This document shows positions 1 to 10,459 of a DNA stretch of 64,000 nt, in pieces. The stretch is from Clostridia bacterium. GTDB taxonomy: Bacteria; Bacillota; DSM-521; Neomoorellales; SLTJ01. Under the pieces are notes generated by a model. That model saw nothing but the letters and a program-made list of their open reading frames with translations. It did no database searches and was not told the origin of the DNA. Location: NCBI GenBank assembly GCA_004347685.1, contig SLTJ01000032.1:118371-182370 (forward strand), written 5' to 3'. Made by a program: the position numbers and the translations under genes. Each line of letters opens with the position of its first letter. Position 1 is the stretch's first letter.

Positions 1-779
1 TGGCTACATCGCCGACTGGCGCGGCGGTCCGGGACATGATCACCATCATGCAGCGCCGGTGCCCGCAGGTGGAGATTATTCTTTCTCCTTGCGCGGTCCA
101 GGGGCTGGAGGCCCCGGAACAGATCTGCGCGGCCATTGACCGCCTCTGCCGGTGGGGAGTGGACGTGATCATTGTCGGCCGTGGCGGCGGGTCCTGGGAG
201 GAACTGGCCGCCTTTAACGACGAGGCAGTGGTACGGACCGTGGCCGGAGCCGGCGTGCCGGTGGTGTCAGCAGTAGGGCACGAGACGGATTACACCCTGA
301 CCGATCTGGCGGCGGACGTACGGGCGCCGACCCCATCCGCGGCCGCCGAAATGGTGGTCCCGAACGTCAGTGAGGTACTGGTCGTTCTGCGGAACCTGGG
401 CGTGCGCCTGCAGGCGGCCATGGACCGGAATCTGGAGCAAAAACGGCTACGCCTGCAGCAGTTGGCCGCCTATCCGGTTCTGACCCGGCCGCAGCGTTAC
501 GTGGATGGCCTCAGGGAGGATGTGGACCGGGCCGGCCAGCAGCTTGGCGCCGCTATGCGGTTGTTTCTGGAAAGAAAACGGCAGGCCTGGACCCAAATGG
601 CCGGACAACTGGAGAGTTTAAACCCCCTGGCCGTATTGCGGCGGGGATACGCGGTATGTAAAAATGACAGGGGGGAGGTGATTACCGCCGCGGGTTCAAT
701 ACAGGAGGGCGAAGAGGTAGAGGTGCTCCTGCACCGGGGTAGGCTGGGTTGCCTGGTTCGTAGCAGGTATCAGCAGTAA
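1..779 (+). CDS. xseA: Exodeoxyribonuclease VII large subunit, 3' part (5' end upstream of window)
   Basis: Frame is open from base 3 (ATSPTGAAVRDMITIMQRR...), upstream of the first Met in the ORF track. Long helical C-terminal region, and xseB follows directly as in the conserved xseAB pair. Confidence 0.85.
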   Translation, partial: ATSPTGAAVRDMITIMQRRCPQVEIILSPCAVQGLEAPEQICAAIDRLCRWGVDVIIVGRGGGSWEELAAFNDEAVVRTVAGAGVPVVSAVGHETDYTLTDLAADVRAPTPSAAAEMVVPNVSEVLVVLRNLGVRLQAAMDRNLEQKRLRLQQLAAYPVLTRPQRYVDGLREDVDRAGQQLGAAMRLFLERKRQAWTQMAGQLESLNPLAVLRRGYAVCKNDRGEVITAAGSIQEGEEVEVLLHRGRLGCLVRSRYQQ

Positions 780-826
780 TCCGAACAAGAATGGGCATGG
801 CATACTTTTCCAAGGGAGGAAACAGA

Positions 827-1075
827 ATGGCAGGCACCTTGGGCTTTGAAAAGGCGATGGAAAGGCTGGAGTCTGTGGTTAAGACCTTAGAGGCCGGAAG
901 CCTCTCCCTGGAGGAAGCCTTGCGTTGCTATGAAGAAGGAGTCGGTCTGGTGCGTTTCTGCCATGCTCAGTTGGAGGCGGCGGAGGAGCGAGTAAAGATC
1001 TTGCTGGCTGACGAGGATAACAGCCTGAGTGTTAGCATTTTTGATTTGAAAGCGCGGGCGGAGGGCGGCGTTTGA
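827..1075 (+). CDS. xseB: Exodeoxyribonuclease VII small subunit
   Basis: MAGTLGFEKAMERLESVVKTLEAGSLSLEEALRCYEEGVGLVRFC is the typical XseB helical hairpin. GGAGGA RBS lies before the ATG at 827 (ORF track start 791 is probably too early). Confidence 0.85.
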   Translation: MAGTLGFEKAMERLESVVKTLEAGSLSLEEALRCYEEGVGLVRFCHAQLEAAEERVKILLADEDNSLSVSIFDLKARAEGGV

Positions 1076-1959
1076 GCTGGGATCTTTATCTGGCGGAAAA
1101 GGCCGCCCTGGTGGAGGCCGAACTTGACCGGCTGATCTCCCAAACAGCCTACCCGCCTGTCATTCACCAGGCCATGCGTTACAGCCTGCTGGGCGGCGGC
1201 AAGCGGTTGCGCCCGGCCCTGGCCCTGGCGGCGTCCGAGGCGGTGGCCGGCGAGGCGCATCGTGTCCTGCCCCTGGCCTGCGCCATTGAATTTATCCATA
1301 CCTATTCCCTTATTCATGATGACCTTCCGGTCATGGATAATGACGATTACCGCCGGGGCCGGTTGACGTTACATCGAGTCTATGGCGAAGGGATGGCCGT
1401 GCTGGCCGGAGATGCTCTGCTTACCGAGGCCTTCGCCATTTTGGCGGAGACGGCCGGGCAATGGCCAGATTTGCAGGCGAGGTACCTGGAGGCCATGGTC
1501 AGAGTAGCCCGGGCCAGCGGTCGTCAGGGGATGATAGGCGGGCAGGTTGTGGATCTGGAATCAGAGGAAAAGGAGTTCGGCGCCGAAACCCTGGAGTACA
1601 TCCATGCGCACAAGACCGGGGCGTTGATACAGGCGGCGGTATGGTGCGGGGCCTTGATCGGCGGCGCCAGCCGCACCCAGTTGGCCGCGATGGACGTTTA
1701 CGGCTGGCATTATGGCTTGGCGTTTCAGATAACTGATGATATACTTGACGTAGTCGGATCCCGCGACGAGATGGGAAAGGATATGGGGAGTGACAGGCGC
1801 AAACAGAAGGCCACTTACCCGGCTCTGTACGGGGTAGAACGCTCCGTGGACATGGCCGCCCGGGAAGTCGAGAAGGCGGTCGCGGCGCTGGAGGGCTGGG
1901 GTCCTCGAGCGGACCTCTTGCGGGAAGCGGCGCGATCCCTCGTGTACCGGCGGAGATAG
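1072..1959 (+). CDS. ispA: Farnesyl/geranyl diphosphate synthase (polyprenyl synthetase)
   Basis: Both Asp-rich motifs are present (LIHDDLPVMDNDDYRRG and FQITDDILD). Sits in the xseB-ispA-dxs synteny. Confidence 0.9.
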   Translation: MSWDLYLAEKAALVEAELDRLISQTAYPPVIHQAMRYSLLGGGKRLRPALALAASEAVAGEAHRVLPLACAIEFIHTYSLIHDDLPVMDNDDYRRGRLTLHRVYGEGMAVLAGDALLTEAFAILAETAGQWPDLQARYLEAMVRVARASGRQGMIGGQVVDLESEEKEFGAETLEYIHAHKTGALIQAAVWCGALIGGASRTQLAAMDVYGWHYGLAFQITDDILDVVGSRDEMGKDMGSDRRKQKATYPALYGVERSVDMAAREVEKAVAALEGWGPRADLLREAARSLVYRRR

Positions 1960-2058
1960 GCCCCCACCCTCTCACCTCTCTATGGCAGGGTCGGGGTTGA
2001 CAAGGGTCTTCAAGTGGTGAGCGCAAAGCGATGTTGACCTTAACGGGGTGAGCAAAAG

Positions 2059-2103
2059 AGCCAGGAGAACAAAGGCCGGTCGAGCTGGTTCTCGTGGCTT
2101 TTT
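2059..2103 (+). terminator. Rho-independent terminator after ispA
   Basis: AGCCAGGAGAAC ... GTTCTCGTGGCT stem (11 of 12 pairs) followed by TTTTT. Confidence 0.55.
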
Positions 2104-2130
2104 GCGTTTGTGGCCAATCTATGCTATAAT
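2102..2130 (+). promoter_or_regulatory. Sigma-A-like promoter of the OLE/oapA unit
   Basis: TTGCGT, 17 nt spacer, TATAAT (2125-2130). Confidence 0.5.
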
Positions 2131-2136
2131 AGACGT

Positions 2137-2730
2137 GTCGGGGGAGGGTGGCGCAGTATTCTAGTCAGCCAACCGGTCTTGAAGGCGGGCCTAAAAATCC
2201 GTCAAGGGCACAGCGATGAAGTTCCTGGTGCTGGCTACTGACGCCCAGTCAGGGGCTGGTGCTGGGAGTTAAGGCAGTGGGGCGATCTACAAGGGCATGT
2301 AGGCGTTGACCCTGCTGCCGTGGAGACCCGAGTGCGTGGCTTGCGCTACGGCTCGGGGCATAAACCTGCATGTCGGTACAAAGGGTGCTGGCTGCAGCGT
2401 AGCCTGCCTTGAGTGGTGCTGGTGGAAAGAGGTCCTCCGGGGCTTCACGGCCGTGAAGTCCGGGTTTGGCCTTAGAAACCAGTGCTGCAAAAGAGGCTAG
2501 GGATCGGCACAGGCTGTGGGGGAAAACCTCTAGACTGCTTGCCTGGGGCAAGACTTGCCGGGGATTAAAGTGTGGACTAAGTGGTAATCTAGCCCTGCCG
2601 GCGGCAACGCGGTAGAGTAACCTTTAAGGGGAAACCGCCTCTGCGGTGACGGGAGGTAGGTTACTGGGAAATCCTGCTAGACCTAAGCCGCAAAGTTTAC
2701 CCGGTGAGTTGCCACCCACCGTCAACATAA
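2137..2730 (+). ncRNA. ole: OLE (ornate, large, extremophilic) RNA, candidate
   Basis: About 590 nt of hairpin-rich sequence with only short, compositionally odd ORFs. It lies between ispA and a small multi-TM protein gene, followed by dxs-tlyA-nadK-argR-recN, which is the published OLE/oapA context. The ends are approximate and no covariance model was run. Confidence 0.75.
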
Positions 2731-2733
2731 AAG

Positions 2734-3333
2734 GTGATCTGTTCTTTGGCGAAAAACGGGCAACGCGCTCTGCGGCAAGGTATGCTTACGGGACTGGGGG
2801 CTTTTTTTTTAGCCCTGGTGGTAAACTTCGGCTCCCAGGGCCTTCTCAGCAGCCTGACCTCTATCATTCTGTCTTTCCTGCTTTTGTTGGTTATTATCCT
2901 GGTGGGAATCATATTCGACGTCGTGGGCGTGGCGACCACCGCGGCCAAAGAAGCGCCTTTCCATGCCCGAGCGGCCCGCAAACAGGTGGGGGCCAGGCAG
3001 GCCATCCAGCTTATCCGCCACGCCGACCGGGTAGCCAGTTTTTGTAATGATGTGGTGGGGGATGTGGCTGGTACCCTGAGCGGGGCCGTGGGAGCAGTGA
3101 TGGTAACTCGCCTGGTCGCGGGGGGAATGCCGGCCCCGGAACTGTGGTTGAGCACGGTAATGATAGCCGGAGTGGCGGCCCTGACCATCGGGGGCAAGGC
3201 TTTCGCCAAGGGGTTTGCCATTCGCGAGGCCGAGGCCATTGTTTACCGGGTGGGCTATGTGCTGGCCCTGGTTGAGGTCCACCTGGGATTGAGGTTATGG
3301 CAGGATAACCACAAGAGGGGAAGAAAGACTTGA
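2734..3333 (+). CDS. oapA: OLE-associated membrane protein
   Basis: 199 aa with about 4 predicted TM helices ([10 protein letters not shown]..., [17 protein letters not shown]..., [14 protein letters not shown]..., [15 protein letters not shown]). Lies directly downstream of the OLE-like RNA. Confidence 0.7.
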   Translation: MICSLAKNGQRALRQGMLTGLGAFFLALVVNFGSQGLLSSLTSIILSFLLLLVIILVGIIFDVVGVATTAAKEAPFHARAARKQVGARQAIQLIRHADRVASFCNDVVGDVAGTLSGAVGAVMVTRLVAGGMPAPELWLSTVMIAGVAALTIGGKAFAKGFAIREAEAIVYRVGYVLALVEVHLGLRLWQDNHKRGRKT

Positions 3334-5279
3334 GCTACCTCGAACAGATCCACCAGCCAGGTGATGTCAAAGCCCTGTCAGACAAAGAATTGCAGATCCT
3401 AGCGGGGGAGATACGCGAGTTTCTGGTGAGTACCGTAAGTCGCACCGGGGGACACCTGGCGCCGAACCTGGGTGTGGTGGAGCTTACCCTGGCCCTGCAT
3501 ACGGTCCTCAACTCACCGGTAGACAAGATCATCTGGGATGTCGGCCACCAGGCCTACGTGCATAAGCTCATCACCGGACGGCGGGAGCAATTTGGCCGCC
3601 TGCGGCAGTTAAACGGGATCAGCGGCTTCCCCAAACGGGAAGAAAGTCCTCATGACGTATTTGATACCGGGCACAGCAGCACTTCGATCTCCGCCGCCCT
3701 GGGCCTGGCGGTGGCCCGGGACCTGGCGGGCGAAGATTATGAAGTGGTGGCGGTAATCGGTGACGGCGCCTTATCCGGCGGCATGGCGTACGAGGGGCTT
3801 AACCATGCTGGCCACGTGGGAACGCATTTTATTGTGGTTCTTAATGACAACGAAATGTCCATTGCCCAAAATGTGGGGGCCATGGCCAGTTACCTCAGCC
3901 GCTTGCGCACCGATCCCAAGTATTTCCGCCGCAAGGAAGAACTAGAGAGTTTCCTCCGCCGCCTGCCCAACATCGGCCCGCGGGTGGTACACCTGGCCGG
4001 CCGGATCAAGGATAGCTTCAAGTACCTGGTGCTACCCGGGGTGATTTTTGAGGAACTAGGCTTCACCTATCTGGGCCCCATTGACGGGCACAATATTACG
4101 GCCATGCAGGAGGTATTTGCGAGGTCGAAGCGCACCCCGGGGCCGGTCTTGGTCCACGTTCTCACCCGCAAGGGGAAGGGATATGAACCGGCAGAGGCCA
4201 ATCCGGATCTATTCCACGGCATCGGGCCCTTTGAAGTTACCTCAGGCCAACCCCTAGGACCGCCGGCAGGTGTGCCCAACTACACGCAGGTTTTCGGGCG
4301 GGCCCTGGCCAGGCTGGCTGAGGCTGATAGCCGGGTGGTGGCCATTACGGCGGCCATGCCGGACGGGACAGGGCTGAAGGAGTTCAGTCAGCGTTTCCCG
4401 CGCCGGTTTTTTGACGTCGGTATCGCCGAAGAACACGCGGTGACCCTGGCGGCCGGGATGGCCACCCAGGGGTTACGTCCGGTGGTGGCCATTTATTCTA
4501 CCTTTCTGCAGCGGGCCTTCGACCAGGTGCTCCACGATATCTGTCTGCAAAGGCTGCCAGTGACCCTGGCCATTGACCGGGCGGGCATTGTGGGGGATGA
4601 CGGGGAGACGCACCAGGGGCTATTTGACCTCACCTATTTGCGGTGCATTCCCAATATGACTGTCATGGTGCCCCGCGACGAAGACCGGCTGCAGCATATG
4701 CTGGCCGCCGCTTTACAAAATGAAGTCCCGGCCGCCATCCGTTACCCGCGTGGGCAGGGAGCAGGTGTCCCCTTGGCCGAGACCCCGCGACCGGTGCCCT
4801 GGGGCCAGGCGGAATTGCTGTTGGAGGGTGAGGACATAACCATTGTCGCGGTCGGGCCCCTGGTGTATGCGGCCCTGGAAGCCGCTGCCAGGCTGCGGGC
4901 GGAAGGTATCCGGGCCGCGGTGATAGATGCCTGCTTTGTCAAGCCTCTGGACCAGGAGCTGCTCCTGAGTTGGGCGGCAAAGACCGGGCGGGTACTGACC
5001 GTGGAGGAGAACGTCCTGGCCGGCGGTTTTGGCAGTGCCGTGCTGGAACTGCTGGCCCAAAACGGCTTGGCCATACCGGTCAACTGCCTCGGAGTTCCTG
5101 ATGTTTTCGTCAGGCACGGCAAGCCCGAGAGCCTGCGCCAGCAATTGGGGCTGAGCCCTGAGGGCATCGCGGCGCGAGTCAGGGCTTTGTTGGTAACCGA
5201 GCGGGAACAGCGGGTCATCGCTGCCCGGCCCGGCCGGACCGGCACCCGGGTGGCCGGCCATGCCCGCGCCAGCGGGTAG
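3330..5279 (+). CDS. dxs: 1-deoxy-D-xylulose-5-phosphate synthase
   Basis: 649 aa. N-terminus [30 protein letters not shown]...[21 protein letters not shown]-binding [15 protein letters not shown], transketolase-like C-terminal domains. Confidence 0.95.
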   Translation: MSYLEQIHQPGDVKALSDKELQILAGEIREFLVSTVSRTGGHLAPNLGVVELTLALHTVLNSPVDKIIWDVGHQAYVHKLITGRREQFGRLRQLNGISGFPKREESPHDVFDTGHSSTSISAALGLAVARDLAGEDYEVVAVIGDGALSGGMAYEGLNHAGHVGTHFIVVLNDNEMSIAQNVGAMASYLSRLRTDPKYFRRKEELESFLRRLPNIGPRVVHLAGRIKDSFKYLVLPGVIFEELGFTYLGPIDGHNITAMQEVFARSKRTPGPVLVHVLTRKGKGYEPAEANPDLFHGIGPFEVTSGQPLGPPAGVPNYTQVFGRALARLAEADSRVVAITAAMPDGTGLKEFSQRFPRRFFDVGIAEEHAVTLAAGMATQGLRPVVAIYSTFLQRAFDQVLHDICLQRLPVTLAIDRAGIVGDDGETHQGLFDLTYLRCIPNMTVMVPRDEDRLQHMLAAALQNEVPAAIRYPRGQGAGVPLAETPRPVPWGQAELLLEGEDITIVAVGPLVYAALEAAARLRAEGIRAAVIDACFVKPLDQELLLSWAAKTGRVLTVEENVLAGGFGSAVLELLAQNGLAIPVNCLGVPDVFVRHGKPESLRQQLGLSPEGIAARVRALLVTEREQRVIAARPGRTGTRVAGHARASG

Positions 5280-5288
5280 GAGACTCTG

Positions 5289-6104
5289 GTGACGGCCCGG
5301 CGCGTAAGAGTAGATAAGCTTCTGGTGCAACGGGGCCTGGTGGCCAGCCGGGAACAGGCCCAGACGGCGATCATGGCCGGTCTGGTTCGGGTCAACGGAA
5401 GCCCGGCCGTGAAAGCCGGGAGTTTGGTTGCGGAAGACGCGGAGGTGGAAGTGCGGGGAGCGGGGTGCCCCTACGTCAGCCGCGGCGGTCTCAAGCTGGC
5501 CAGGGCGATAGAGGCTTTCGGCCTGGATTTGCGGGACAAGACCGTCCTGGACGTGGGTGCATCTACCGGCGGGTTTACCGATTGTTGCCTGCAAATGGGG
5601 GCCAGGCTGGTGCTGGCGCTGGACGTGGGCTACGGGCAATTGGCCTGGAAGCTGCGACAGGACCCGCGGGTCAGGGTACTGGAACGGACCAACGCGCGTT
5701 ACCTGACGCCGGAACTCGTCGGACAAGAGGGCGATCTGGCTGTGATTGACGTTTCATTCATTTCCCTGACTCTGATTCTCCCGGCCGTAATCCCCTGTCT
5801 GAGGCAAGGCGGCCAGGTGGTGGCCCTCATCAAGCCCCAGTTTGAAGCCGGCCGGGAGAAGGTTGGGAAACGGGGCGTGGTGAAAGACCCGGACGTTCAC
5901 CGGGAGGTAATCGCCAGGGTGATGGCCTGCGGCCGGGCACAGGGCCTGGCGCCCAAGGGCCTTACCTTTTCGCCCCTTCTGGGACCGGAGGGCAATATAG
6001 AATACCTTTATTGGGGCGGGCCGGCTCCCGGGGAGGTAGATGACAGTATGGTGCCGGAGGTCGTGGCGCAGGCCCACGCTCAGCTCTTGAAGGGAGAAGC
6101 ATGA
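5289..6104 (+). CDS. tlyA: TlyA-family rRNA 2'-O-methyltransferase (S4 + FtsJ-like domains)
   Basis: RVDKLLVQRGLVASREQAQTAIMAGLVRVNG (S4 domain) and VLDVGASTGGFTDCCLQMGA (SAM-binding motif). Confidence 0.9.
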   Translation: MTARRVRVDKLLVQRGLVASREQAQTAIMAGLVRVNGSPAVKAGSLVAEDAEVEVRGAGCPYVSRGGLKLARAIEAFGLDLRDKTVLDVGASTGGFTDCCLQMGARLVLALDVGYGQLAWKLRQDPRVRVLERTNARYLTPELVGQEGDLAVIDVSFISLTLILPAVIPCLRQGGQVVALIKPQFEAGREKVGKRGVVKDPDVHREVIARVMACGRAQGLAPKGLTFSPLLGPEGNIEYLYWGGPAPGEVDDSMVPEVVAQAHAQLLKGEA

Positions 6105-6955
6105 AAGCTATCGGCATTGTGGCGAACCTCCAGAAGGAGAAATCCTATCACCTGCTCCAGGACATTGTCGGGTGGCTCCAGGCCCGGAGGGTGGAGGTAT
6201 TCTTGCCGGCCGAAAAGGCGCGGTCCGTAGGGCTGGTTTCCCTGGCAGTGGGAGAGGCTGAACTCCCGAGCCGGGTTGACTGCATCTTAGTCCTGGGCGG
6301 GGACGGGACCTTGCTGGACGCTGCCCGCCTGGCCTCAGCCGCGGGCACGCCCTTGCTGGGGGTGAATCTGGGGCAATTGGGCTTTCTGGCTGAACTGGAG
6401 CCGGATGATGTTTTTGCCGGTCTGGAGCGGTTGCTGGAGGGCCGGTACCGTTTGGAAGAACGCTCGATGCTCACCAGCGAGCTGGCGCGGCAAGGCCAGG
6501 TAAAGACCTCGGTTACCGCGCTTAACGATGTGGTCATAGCTAAGGGTGCCTTTTCCCGGATGCTGGAACTCGAGACCTTGGTCGGCGGAGTGTATGTGAC
6601 CACCTACCTGGCCGACGGCCTCATCATAGCTTCGCCTACCGGGTCCACAGCCTATTCCCTGGCCGCGGGCGGGCCCTTGGTGGCCCCGGAGGTGGAGGCC
6701 ATAATCCTCACCCCTATCTGCCCGCATACCTTTTATGTCCGCCCTCTGGTTATCCCGGCCGACGAAACCGTACAGGTTACCCTCTCCACGGCTGCCGGCG
6801 CGGAGGTGATGCTGACCGTGGACGGCCAGGTCGGCTATAACCTCTGCCAGGGCGATGTTATCCGCATTGGTCGGGCCGGGGTACCGGCCAGGCTGGTCCG
6901 GTTCGGGGAACAGGACTTTTATTCCACTTTGCGGCGGAAGTTGTTTGGAGGGTAA
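6101..6955 (+). CDS. nadK: NAD kinase
   Basis: GGDGTLL motif, NDVVI motif, TGSTAYSLAAGGP motif. Confidence 0.9.
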   Translation: MKAIGIVANLQKEKSYHLLQDIVGWLQARRVEVFLPAEKARSVGLVSLAVGEAELPSRVDCILVLGGDGTLLDAARLASAAGTPLLGVNLGQLGFLAELEPDDVFAGLERLLEGRYRLEERSMLTSELARQGQVKTSVTALNDVVIAKGAFSRMLELETLVGGVYVTTYLADGLIIASPTGSTAYSLAAGGPLVAPEVEAIILTPICPHTFYVRPLVIPADETVQVTLSTAAGAEVMLTVDGQVGYNLCQGDVIRIGRAGVPARLVRFGEQDFYSTLRRKLFGG

Positions 6956-6960
6956 ACGTT

Positions 6961-7413
6961 GTGAAGGGTGCCAGGCGGCGGGCAATTGTGGACATAATTG
7001 CAATCCAGGCCATCCAGACTCAAGCTCAACTTACGGCTGAGTTGAACAGGCGAGGTTTTGACGTTACCCAGGCCACCGTATCCCGTGATGTTAAAGATCT
7101 GGGGCTGGTCAAAGTACCGGCGGAGGGCGGCATTTACCGCTATGCCCTTCCCGAAGGCGGCCACGGCCCAGACCCCTACGACCGTCTGACCAAGCTTTTC
7201 GCCGATTCCGTAGTCAGCCTGGATTGGAGTTTGAACCTGATCGTTATCCGTACCTTGCCGGGCACAGCCCATGCGGTGGCTTCTTGCCTGGATCATGTCC
7301 GCCTCGCCGGGGTAATCGGTACGGTTGCCGGAGACGACACGATCTTGGTGGTGGTAAAGCCCAGGTCAAGGGTGCGCCTGATCCTCAATGAGTTACAGAG
7401 GCTCCTTCCGTAG
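6961..7413 (+). CDS. argR: Arginine repressor
   Basis: 150 aa. Winged-helix N-terminus ...TQAQLTAELNRRGFDVTQATVSRDVKDLGLVKVP and C-terminal GTVAGDDTILVV oligomerisation motif. Confidence 0.9.
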   Translation: MKGARRRAIVDIIAIQAIQTQAQLTAELNRRGFDVTQATVSRDVKDLGLVKVPAEGGIYRYALPEGGHGPDPYDRLTKLFADSVVSLDWSLNLIVIRTLPGTAHAVASCLDHVRLAGVIGTVAGDDTILVVVKPRSRVRLILNELQRLLP

Positions 7414-7435
7414 GAAGACCGTTTGGGGTGGGAGT

Positions 7436-9136
7436 ATGCTGGTTTCGCTGTACCTGGAAAACTTCGTTATCATTGATTGTCTGACGGTTGAGCCTTCACC
7501 GGGGTTGACGGTGCTGACCGGAGAAACCGGGGCTGGGAAATCCATCATCGTCGAGGCCGTGGGTCTGTTGCTGGGGGAGCGGGCCGCCGCCGATTACGTG
7601 CGGGCAGGGACTGATCGGGCACTCATCGAAGGCTATTTTCAGTGCCAGGCAGGGGAGCCGGTGGTAGAGGCCTGTAACGAGCTGGGGATAGCCCTGGAGG
7701 AAGATAATACCCTGCTGCTGTCGCGGGAGATTGCCGCCTCTGGTCGCAGCACCTGCCGGATCAACGGCCGGACGGTTACGCTGGGTATGTACCAGCAGGT
7801 AGGCCGGAACCTGGTGGATATTCACGGGCAGCATGAACAGCAATCCCTTTTTTCCCTGCCACGGCAGCTCCAGGTGTTGGACAGCATGGGCGGAGCCGGG
7901 TTAATGGCCGTACGCCAGCGAGTTTATGCCGCCTACCACCGGCAAAAGACCATTGCCGAACAATTGCAGGCCCGGGAGGAGACGGCTGCCGGCCGGCAGC
8001 ACGACCTGGAGGTGATGGCGGCCTGGGTGGAAGAAATAGACCGGGCGGGGGTGGCGGCCGGGGAGAAAGAGAGTTTGGAACAGGAGCGGCAGATCCTCCG
8101 GTCCATGGATAGGCTGCTGGCCCGCAGCCGGGAGGCCCTGGCTTCACTCCAGGGTGACGGCACCCGCGCGGGTGCCTGTGAGCAACTGGCCGGCGCTGTA
8201 GCTGGCCTGGAGGAAGTAGCCAGGATTGATGCCGGCCAGGCCGGTTTGGTACAGCAATTGCAGGAGGCGCTGTATCAGGTGGAAGATGCGGCCCAGGAAT
8301 TGCAGCGCCGGGTGCGCGGCCTGGATTTTGATCCCCGCCGCCTGGAACAGGTGGAAGAAAGGCTGGATCTCATCCACCGCCTGGAACGAAAGCACGGCCG
8401 GGAGTTGGACGAGATTCTCCAGTGGCGGGAGGAGGCGGTCCGGCAACTCGACGACTGGCGGGAGGAGGCTACCGGGCAGCAGGAACTGGAAAAGGAGTTG
8501 CAGCAGACCCGGGCCGTGTACCAAGAAGCAGCGGAGACTTTAACCAGCCTGCGGGACGAGACGGCCCGGCGGTTGGCAGAGGCGGTCCAGGCCAATCTGG
8601 CCGACCTGGGGATGAAGGAAGCGCAGTTTGTGATCTGGCGAAGGCCGCGCCCTGGTTTTCACCCCTTGGGGAATGAAGACGTGGAATTCATGCTGGCGGC
8701 TAATGTGGGCGAGCCGCCCCGCCCCTTGGCCCGGGTGGGCTCCGGCGGCGAGGTATCCCGGGTGATGCTGGCCTTGAAGGTGTGCCTGGCCGGAGTGGAC
8801 AATATCTCCACGCTTATTTTCGACGAAATTGACGCCGGTATCGGCGGGCAGACAGTGCAGGCGGTGGCCGCTAAACTGGCGCAGCTGGCCCGGGTGCACC
8901 AGGTTCTGTGCGTTACCCATTCGCCCCACATTGCCAGCTTCGCCCACCGCCATTATACCGTTGCCAAGCAGACCAGCAGCCAGCGAACGCTGGCGCGAGT
9001 GCAGCTTCTGGAGGGAGAGGAGAGGGTGCGAGAGGTGGCCCGGATGTTGTCCGGCACCGAGACCTCAGTATCCCTGGAGCATGCCGCGGAGTTACTGCGC
9101 CGGGCGCGGGACCTGGTACCGGGCCAGCCGGGATAA
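7436..9136 (+). CDS. recN: DNA repair protein RecN
   Basis: MLVSLYLENFVIID...LTGETGAGKSIIVEA (Walker A), long coiled coil, C-terminal LIFDEIDAGIGG. RBS lies before the ATG at 7436 (ORF track start 7388 overlaps argR). Confidence 0.9.
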   Translation: MLVSLYLENFVIIDCLTVEPSPGLTVLTGETGAGKSIIVEAVGLLLGERAAADYVRAGTDRALIEGYFQCQAGEPVVEACNELGIALEEDNTLLLSREIAASGRSTCRINGRTVTLGMYQQVGRNLVDIHGQHEQQSLFSLPRQLQVLDSMGGAGLMAVRQRVYAAYHRQKTIAEQLQAREETAAGRQHDLEVMAAWVEEIDRAGVAAGEKESLEQERQILRSMDRLLARSREALASLQGDGTRAGACEQLAGAVAGLEEVARIDAGQAGLVQQLQEALYQVEDAAQELQRRVRGLDFDPRRLEQVEERLDLIHRLERKHGRELDEILQWREEAVRQLDDWREEATGQQELEKELQQTRAVYQEAAETLTSLRDETARRLAEAVQANLADLGMKEAQFVIWRRPRPGFHPLGNEDVEFMLAANVGEPPRPLARVGSGGEVSRVMLALKVCLAGVDNISTLIFDEIDAGIGGQTVQAVAAKLAQLARVHQVLCVTHSPHIASFAHRHYTVAKQTSSQRTLARVQLLEGEERVREVARMLSGTETSVSLEHAAELLRRARDLVPGQPG

Positions 9137-9146
9137 AAACCGGCGG

Positions 9147-9413
9147 CTACGAGTCTCCGCCTCTGGAGTTCCTGCCTCGGGCTGCTGTCTTGTCCAGGTG
9201 GTAGAGGCCCCTAGAAGGGATGTTTTCGGCGGCCAGCAGACGCCTCACTGTTTCTTCCCAGGATGAATGAAATTTGATGGCCATGCCGCAGTCAGAAGTG
9301 AGGGCCCGGGGGGCCGGTACCAGGGTAAAGCTCACATGACCGGCCTGGAGAACTTTTTCTGCCTCCAGGAGATGGTGGATGGAAGCGAAGATCAGGTAGC
9401 ATCCTTCGGGCAC
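9147..9413 (-). CDS. DUF3343-like small protein
   Basis: 88 aa. LIFASIHHLLEAEKVLQ...LVPAPRALTSDCGMAI resembles the DUF3343 pattern, from memory and not searched. Confidence 0.5.
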   Translation of the reverse strand: MPEGCYLIFASIHHLLEAEKVLQAGHVSFTLVPAPRALTSDCGMAIKFHSSWEETVRRLLAAENIPSRGLYHLDKTAARGRNSRGGDS

Positions 9414-9615
9414 ACGGCAACCCTTCTTGGCTAAGAATACTTTTTCCTTCAGTAAGTATTCGTCATCCCGCCGCCCGGTCCTGGCCGGGCGGAATTAAAC
9501 TTCCTTATGAGCTCTTGGCAGTACATAAGGCGTCTTTATAGGCCACGGCGGGTTTGGCGCCCGGCCTTTTGGTGATACTAATCTCAGCCCGTTGGCTCAG
9601 GAGGGAGGAAGGTTA

Positions 9616-9777
9616 GTGGCTGAAGGAGAATGGCCGAATAACTCCGTGCGCAGTTTTAGGTGCGGCGAGTGCGGTTTCGTCTTTCCGGTAGACCAGGGAT
9701 CGCGGTGCCCGGTCTGCGGCCACGATTGCCGCACCGGTGGCTGTCGGACTATAGATGCCTCAGACGAGGACTACTAG
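9616..9777 (+). CDS. Small zinc-ribbon protein
   Basis: CGECG...CPVCGHDC double CxxC. GGAGGAAGG RBS before the GTG at 9616. Confidence 0.4.
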   Translation: MAEGEWPNNSVRSFRCGECGFVFPVDQGSRCPVCGHDCRTGGCRTIDASDEDY

Positions 9778-10409
9778 GCCCCGACTTCAGGGATGACCAG
9801 GACGATTTGCACCGGGTCGCCCTGGCGGTAACGGTGCCGTGAATCCCACTGCACCAGGTCGCGGATCAAGGGCTCCTGGGTCAGGAGTTGCCAGGCCCGT
9901 CCCAGGGCCAGGATAAAATCCTGGCGTAGGGGCCATTTGTCCTTTACCAGGGGGCAGACGTAAGGAAGAGGCATGGTCTCCCAGATAAGGGTAAGAGTGC
10001 CGCCGGGCAAATAGTGGGGAGCCAGGGGAAAGGTGCGGCACTGCATGGGACGCTGGGGCCGGGGACAGGTAGAAGTGCAGTGGACGAAGAATACCGGGCC
10101 GTGCCAGCTTGAAGGAAAATCGTAATGCTCCGCCCGCTGCTCCTCCCAGACCAGCCAGTCTTCGTGGCCGGTGAACATGGTTTCCTCGCCAGGAAGAAGG
10201 TAAATGCCCAGTTGCCGGCTCTCCGGGCTTTCCAAGGTACAGCACGCTTTGTGGCACAGTTCGCCGCAATCCCCGGCCAGGGGAGAAGCATCGGCCAGTA
10301 AGGCATAGACCTGGCGGTAAAATTCGCGCCCGGCTATTGGTTTGTGCGGTCCCATAGCTCCCTTCCCGCCTTCCTTCCAGCGAATTTTGGCTACGTTTCC
10401 CGCTTCCAT
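9774..10409 (-). CDS. YkgJ/UPF0153-like Cys-rich (Fe-S/Zn) protein
   Basis: CGELCHKACC and CTSTCPRPQRPMQC clusters. The true start is probably Met19 (10355). Confidence 0.5.
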   Translation of the reverse strand: MEAGNVAKIRWKEGGKGAMGPHKPIAGREFYRQVYALLADASPLAGDCGELCHKACCTLESPESRQLGIYLLPGEETMFTGHEDWLVWEEQRAEHYDFPSSWHGPVFFVHCTSTCPRPQRPMQCRTFPLAPHYLPGGTLTLIWETMPLPYVCPLVKDKWPLRQDFILALGRAWQLLTQEPLIRDLVQWDSRHRYRQGDPVQIVLVIPEVGA

Positions 10410-10459
10410 GTGCTATAATTGCCCTCGAAAACACCTACAGGTCGGAGGACAGGCTGGCA

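Noticed and set aside
2249-3282. Several 60-180-aa ORFs on both strands inside the OLE-like region and antisense to oapA.
   Set aside because: They are mutually overlapping and low-complexity. The region is better explained by a structured RNA plus the membrane-protein gene.
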